A DNA stretch of 30,694 nucleotides, taken from the IMG/VR virus record IMGVR_UViG_3300012953_000130, positions 1 through 30,694 of that record. One strand, 5' to 3'. The notes under the pieces are model-generated. The model worked only from the letters and a program-made list of their open reading frames with translations. It searched no databases and was not told the origin of the DNA. Positions 26,660 to 30,694 of this stretch are shown here, piece after piece. Every line of letters starts with the position of its first letter. The first letter of the stretch is position 1. Made by a program: the position numbers and the translations under genes. This DNA comes from a virus. Taxonomy: Duplodnaviria; Caudoviricetes.

Positions 26660-27563
26660 AGATTTTTATAATAGTTCAAGTGCAGCAAAGCTCGGGTGGG
26701 ATCCTTCTTGGTTTGGTTGTGACGAGTTTAATGACGAATTAGTAAATGCCATTAAAAAATGGCAAAGAAAGCATAAATTAAAAGCTGATGGTCTTTGCGG
26801 TCCTTCAACATACCGAAGGGTTTGGACCGATAGGGAATCAAGTATTTCAGAGCATGCACCTCCAACTGCAGTATGTGGTCCAGGTGATAAGTTCATTGTG
26901 CATAACGGAGACTTTTTTCCAATAGATTGGGATAAGGTAGTTCTTTGGGATGAGCCATCCGGACTTAGGTGTCAACCAGGAACATATACTTCATGGGCAG
27001 GTAAGCCTGATCGTAATCCAACATTTTTTGTTAACCATTGGGATGTATGCCTTTCCGCAAAAAGTTGCGCAAAGGTTATTGCAAAGAGGGGTATTTCAAT
27101 TCATTTTTGCATTGATAACGATGGTACAATCTATCAACTATTAGATACTCAGCATCGAGCCTGGCAAGCAGGTGGAACTATGTGGAATACCAAAAGTATT
27201 GGGGTAGAGATCTCAAATGCTTATTATACAAAGTATCAAAGCTGGTATGAAAAAAACGGATTCGGGTCTCGGCCGGTTGTTAACGACGTAAAATGTCATG
27301 GCCGCAAGCTAGAGGAACACTTAGATTTTTATCCGGTACAATTAGAAGCTCTTAAGGCCCTTTGGGTAGCTGTGCATGGTGCAACAGGTATCCCGCTGGA
27401 ATGTCCTACAGATTCTAACGGAGAGCTTGTTGAAGGTGTCGACAAGCGTTGCGAAAAGGGAGAGTTTCAAGGTTTTATAAACCATTATAATTTGACACGT
27501 AGAAAAATTGATTGTGCTGGGTTAGACATGGTAGGATTGTTGAAAGAAGCAAAAAATGGATAA
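26652..27563 (+). CDS. N-acetylmuramoyl-L-alanine amidase (Amidase_2) with N-terminal peptidoglycan-binding domain; putative endolysin
   Basis: AIKKWQRKHKLKADGLCGPST (PG_binding_1), VNHWD, SIHFCIDNDGTIYQ, AWQAG, SIGVEI, QLEAL, NHY...KIDC. Start ATG 26652 after GAGGA. Confidence 0.88.
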   Translation: MDKDFYNSSSAAKLGWDPSWFGCDEFNDELVNAIKKWQRKHKLKADGLCGPSTYRRVWTDRESSISEHAPPTAVCGPGDKFIVHNGDFFPIDWDKVVLWDEPSGLRCQPGTYTSWAGKPDRNPTFFVNHWDVCLSAKSCAKVIAKRGISIHFCIDNDGTIYQLLDTQHRAWQAGGTMWNTKSIGVEISNAYYTKYQSWYEKNGFGSRPVVNDVKCHGRKLEEHLDFYPVQLEALKALWVAVHGATGIPLECPTDSNGELVEGVDKRCEKGEFQGFINHYNLTRRKIDCAGLDMVGLLKEAKNG

Positions 27564-27963
27564 ACAGCTTACAAAAAATTTTAAACTATCAGAATTTAGG
27601 TGCAGAGACGGAACTGATGTTCCTGAAGATTTAATAGGCAATGTACAATTCCTTGCAGAGAACTTACAAATATTAAGAGATAAAATTAATAAGCCGATAA
27701 CAGTTATTAGCGGGTATAGGTCACCAAAATATAATAGAAAAATTGGCGGCGCAAGAAAAAGCCAACACATGAAAGCTACAGCAGCTGATATAATTGTTAG
27801 GGGTATGCATCCTGATGATGTTAGAAATGAAATTTTATCTTTGATTAAAGAAGGAAAAATGGCTACTGGCGGTGTTGGTCGGTATACAACATTTACGCAC
27901 TATGATACACGCGGTTGGAATGCTCGCTGGAGCGGAAGCGGCGTTAAGGATAGCAAGAGTTAA
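27556..27963 (+). CDS. Peptidase M15A (Zn D-Ala-D-Ala carboxypeptidase-like)
   Basis: NFKLSEFRC, ISGYRSPKYN, GGARKSQH...AADI, GVGRY..FTHYDTRG. Confidence 0.9.
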   Translation: MDKQLTKNFKLSEFRCRDGTDVPEDLIGNVQFLAENLQILRDKINKPITVISGYRSPKYNRKIGGARKSQHMKATAADIIVRGMHPDDVRNEILSLIKEGKMATGGVGRYTTFTHYDTRGWNARWSGSGVKDSKS

Positions 27964-27972
27964 GGAAAAGAA

Positions 27973-28686
27973 ATGCAGCGCAGTATTAATCTATATGATG
28001 ATAAAATTGGAAAAGTTGAATATGTCGAGCATATGGGCTCTGACTTAACTATTGTTAATAGCGCTCGTGTTTCTTTCGGCAAACAAAAGGACGTTTTAGA
28101 TGAGAAAGACGAGAATCTCATTAAGTACCTCATCAAGCATAAGCACACTTCGACTTTGGAGCACAATATTGTTACTTTGCGGTTTTGTGTTCCTTTGTTC
28201 GTTCGTTCTCAGCACCACCGTCATAGGACATGGTCATATAATGAAATTAGTCGGCGTTACACCGATGTAGATATTAAGTTTTATGAACCTAATTCTTTTA
28301 GGACTCAACATAAAAGTAATCGCCAGGCAAGTAACAACGAGTTAATTAACCCTGATATGAACGAATTTACTAATCGAGCTTTACCGGTGACTCCATATCA
28401 TGCTAGTGAGGCAGTTAAAAACCATCATTATAGAAGCATGGAGCTATATAAAAAGCTTTTAGCAAATGGTGTTTGTAGAGAGCAAGCCCGAGCAGTACTG
28501 CCTCAAGGGCTTTATACAGAGTACTATGGTACGTGTAATCTTAATAATATGATTAAGTTTATTGAGCTAAGAACTCATGAAGGTGCCCAATGGGAAATAC
28601 AACAAGTAGCAAGGGCATGCTTAGATATATGTGAAGATCTTTGGCCAAAAACGATTGCCGCATATAGAGAATTAAGGGGGTTATAA
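27973..28686 (+). CDS. thyX: Flavin-dependent thymidylate synthase
   Basis: IVNSARVSF, HTSTLEH, RHRTWSYNEISRRY (RHR-x7-S), REQARAVLP, AQWEI. Confidence 0.96.
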   Translation: MQRSINLYDDKIGKVEYVEHMGSDLTIVNSARVSFGKQKDVLDEKDENLIKYLIKHKHTSTLEHNIVTLRFCVPLFVRSQHHRHRTWSYNEISRRYTDVDIKFYEPNSFRTQHKSNRQASNNELINPDMNEFTNRALPVTPYHASEAVKNHHYRSMELYKKLLANGVCREQARAVLPQGLYTEYYGTCNLNNMIKFIELRTHEGAQWEIQQVARACLDICEDLWPKTIAAYRELRGL

Positions 28687-29687
28687 TGTCTAGTCACGTA
28701 GTTATTGATGATCATGACGACTTAACTGACATTGGTAGCCTTAGGCATGCCGAAATTGACAGGATTATCTTAGAGGGAATTGTTCCTACTTTGGCAGAAG
28801 GCTTAGCGCCTCCGTCATTAACTCAAGAGCGAACAATCGGTATACCTCTTTTACCTTCTAATAATAATTTTTCTGGCACAAATACTTTTAACACAGTAAA
28901 TGTAAATGGTGACTTAAACGTTTATGGTACTAGAAATGAAATATCTGTTTCTAACTTTAGCGTTGAAAACACAGTGATTACTGTTGGCGAAGGTACCGGT
29001 GGTGAAATGCCTGCTTCTGACAGGGGCATTATATTTACTGCACCTGGCCCTAATCCATCTATTTTTTGGGATGACAGCAATTCTGAGTTTAGGTTAGGAA
29101 TTGTTGATGCAGATGCCACGGTTACTGAGTTTCCGGATCCGGATGCTAGCGGCCAAGGAGGGTTTGCAAATATTAAGGTAGGCGACATTGTTGCTGCTGC
29201 TGCAAATTTTAATAGCGTAAATTCTCAATCTGGTGATATCCAAGCCCTTACTGCAGGAACTTTAGTTATTAATACTTCATTAGACGCTACTGCTGCAACT
29301 ACAAATTTTTCTACGGTTTCTACAAATAACATAAATGCCGGCCAAATATTAACGCAAGATGGATCACAGGATTATTTGTCTAGATATATCAAGGCCGGCC
29401 GCGGCGTCCAAATTGTCGAAGATCAAAATGATCCAGGATCTTTAATTGCCAGTATTAGTAGATTAAAAGAGTCATCTTCTCCTGGACAGTTTATATCTTC
29501 TGGAAATATATTTCCTAGTAGTATCGTTGCCGCGGCCAATGATCATAATAATGAAAATTTAGATGTGTATGTAAATGGTGTATTAGTTTCAATGGGAAAT
29601 AATTTTGACTATACTTTAGACGATGCAGGCATTAAGTTTCATTTTGCTATTGAGCCTGACGACGTTATTACTATAATATCTTATTAG
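28686..29687 (+). CDS. Putative virion structural / fibre-associated protein
   Basis: Asn/Thr/Ser-rich beta-type sequence with VNGDLNVYG, DRGIIF...IFWDDS and C-terminal LDVYVNGVL...DYT...DVITI, features I associate with phage fibre or baseplate accessory proteins. Confidence 0.55.
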   Translation: MSSHVVIDDHDDLTDIGSLRHAEIDRIILEGIVPTLAEGLAPPSLTQERTIGIPLLPSNNNFSGTNTFNTVNVNGDLNVYGTRNEISVSNFSVENTVITVGEGTGGEMPASDRGIIFTAPGPNPSIFWDDSNSEFRLGIVDADATVTEFPDPDASGQGGFANIKVGDIVAAAANFNSVNSQSGDIQALTAGTLVINTSLDATAATTNFSTVSTNNINAGQILTQDGSQDYLSRYIKAGRGVQIVEDQNDPGSLIASISRLKESSSPGQFISSGNIFPSSIVAAANDHNNENLDVYVNGVLVSMGNNFDYTLDDAGIKFHFAIEPDDVITIISY

Positions 29688-29729
29688 TTGTTTACTGCTT
29701 AAGCGGTGGCAAGATACTTTGCAACGCAA

Positions 29730-29758
29730 TACTTATGAAACGTAAGTAATTTTTATTT
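29730..29758 (+). terminator. Possible weak terminator hairpin
   Basis: TACTTATG-aaa-CGTAAGTA followed by ATTTTTATTT. AT-rich stem. Confidence 0.35.
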
Positions 29759-29782
29759 AAGTACTTCAGAAGGGGTTTAGCT

Positions 29783-30022
29783 TTGACAGTTTCTTCGACA
29801 AATAAAACGTTCGTGACTTCAGATATTGCAATTGCTGCATATTTGCAAACTCACGGATTTAAGCTAATTGACTGTAAGCGTCTTAGCGATGGTAGGTTCT
29901 ATTTTGAGTTTGATGACCCCTCTGATTCATGCCGGCAAAAATCAGTAGAGTTTCTTAGCAGCGAATGTTGCCAGTTTGATAATAATGTGAGAAACTTGAA
30001 AAAAATTCTGTATAAATCGTAA
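29783..30022 (+). CDS. Small hypothetical protein (DUF5659-like)
   Basis: TSDIAIAAYL..GFKL...RFYFEF pattern recalled for DUF5659-type phage proteins. TTG start after AAGGGG. Confidence 0.65.
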   Translation: MTVSSTNKTFVTSDIAIAAYLQTHGFKLIDCKRLSDGRFYFEFDDPSDSCRQKSVEFLSSECCQFDNNVRNLKKILYKS

Positions 30023-30372
30023 GTAGCACAATACTTATTTGTGACGAATGCTAATCGTCGTTTTTTAAAACGTTCGTTTAGGGCTCCCAAGCCCGACAGT
30101 TAAGACAGTCAAAGTTAGTTTCTGGTAGTTTTAAGGAAGCAAAACTTTAGGCTGTTTTTGTGTATTTGGCGGTTAGTAAATTTAATAAGAAAATTTCGGT
30201 AAAGTTAAGGTTTACACGGGCTCTTCGACATATTTATATCTGTTGACGAATCCATGGTTGTACGGCCACAATTTGCCAGCGTTTCATAGAAGTTTTTTCA
30301 GTTCATTTTGTTCCTGTTAGAGTAAACAAAGGCTTACATTATGCTAGACGTGTAATGTAATAAGGAGCAATT

Positions 30373-30694
30373 ATGTCTAAAATTTTAGAGCTTTCGTTAG
30401 AAAGTGATGTAATTAACTCTGCGACTCCAGGCACAAATGACGGGTATAATGCACCCGCCACCGGCTTTTTTGTAAGTGATGCTGATACAGATCCTGCGAG
30501 GGATGTTGCTGACTTATCTGTAGGTTCATTTAATTTACCTGCAGACTTAATTAGCGATGATGTTGCTTCATACACAATTAGTATGTGGCTTAAGCCTGCA
30601 TCATTTCCGACAACAGGGCGTCGCTATATAATAACTGATCGCGCGCACGGGCAAGATGAACAGTCCATAGGTATATGGATTAATCCTACAGGTC
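30373..30694 (+). CDS. LamG/concanavalin-like jelly-roll domain protein, N-terminal part (3'-truncated; not in ORF track)
   Basis: RBS TAAGGAG, ATG 30373, open to window end: MSKILELSLESDVINS...ASYTISMWLKP...YIITD...IGIWIN. YTISMWLKP is a LamG-like signature. Confidence 0.72.
   Translation, partial: MSKILELSLESDVINSATPGTNDGYNAPATGFFVSDADTDPARDVADLSVGSFNLPADLISDDVASYTISMWLKPASFPTTGRRYIITDRAHGQDEQSIGIWINPTG

Noticed and set aside
19745-28686. Inteins or introns in recA, helicase, nrdJ or thyX
   Set aside because: Proteins are of normal length with contiguous motifs; no intein splice motifs or homing endonuclease seen.
30023-30372. tRNA or CRISPR mini-array in the large intergenic gap
   Set aside because: No cloverleaf with T-loop GTTCRA and acceptor stem, and no regularly spaced 25-40 nt repeats.
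29899-30575. Minus-strand ORFs 29899-30090 and 30339-30575
   Set aside because: They overlap better-supported plus-strand genes and have no RBS or recognisable motifs.
1-30694. Stop-codon reassignment (seen in some large phages)
   Set aside because: Genes are full length in the standard code, and TAA, TAG and TGA all terminate genes at sensible positions.

Overview
A 30.7-kb stretch of a large contractile-tailed (myovirus-type, probably jumbo-class) phage genome. Every credible gene is on the + strand and uses the standard genetic code. Positions 1-15113 are a tail and baseplate module: sheath C-terminus, tube, gp26-like assembly protein with a gp51-like partner, a 1770-aa tape measure protein, two large baseplate proteins and a LysM/gpX-like protein. 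Positions 15161-28686 are a replication, nucleotide-metabolism and lysis module: a short family-A polymerase-like protein, HD protein, MazG-like NTP pyrophosphohydrolase, gp32-like SSB, RecA, 5'-3' exonuclease, DnaB-like helicase, class II RNR, ClpP-like protease, amidase, M15A peptidase and ThyX. More putative virion genes follow to the window edge. The most interesting signals are: (i) a probable programmed +1 frameshift at a T7 run joining the gp26-like and gp51-like ORFs; (ii) two separate promoter-like motif classes, ATAHTTA before structural-type genes and TGWAMA-N16/17-TAnnnT before replication genes; (iii) a possibly leaderless, exonuclease-less PolA with altered motifs; (iv) a stand-alone RyR-like domain coupled to the lysins; (v) a hairpin-rich 350-nt non-coding region. 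I saw no tRNA, CRISPR array, intein, intron or mobile element. All family calls come from motif recognition by eye, not from database searches.
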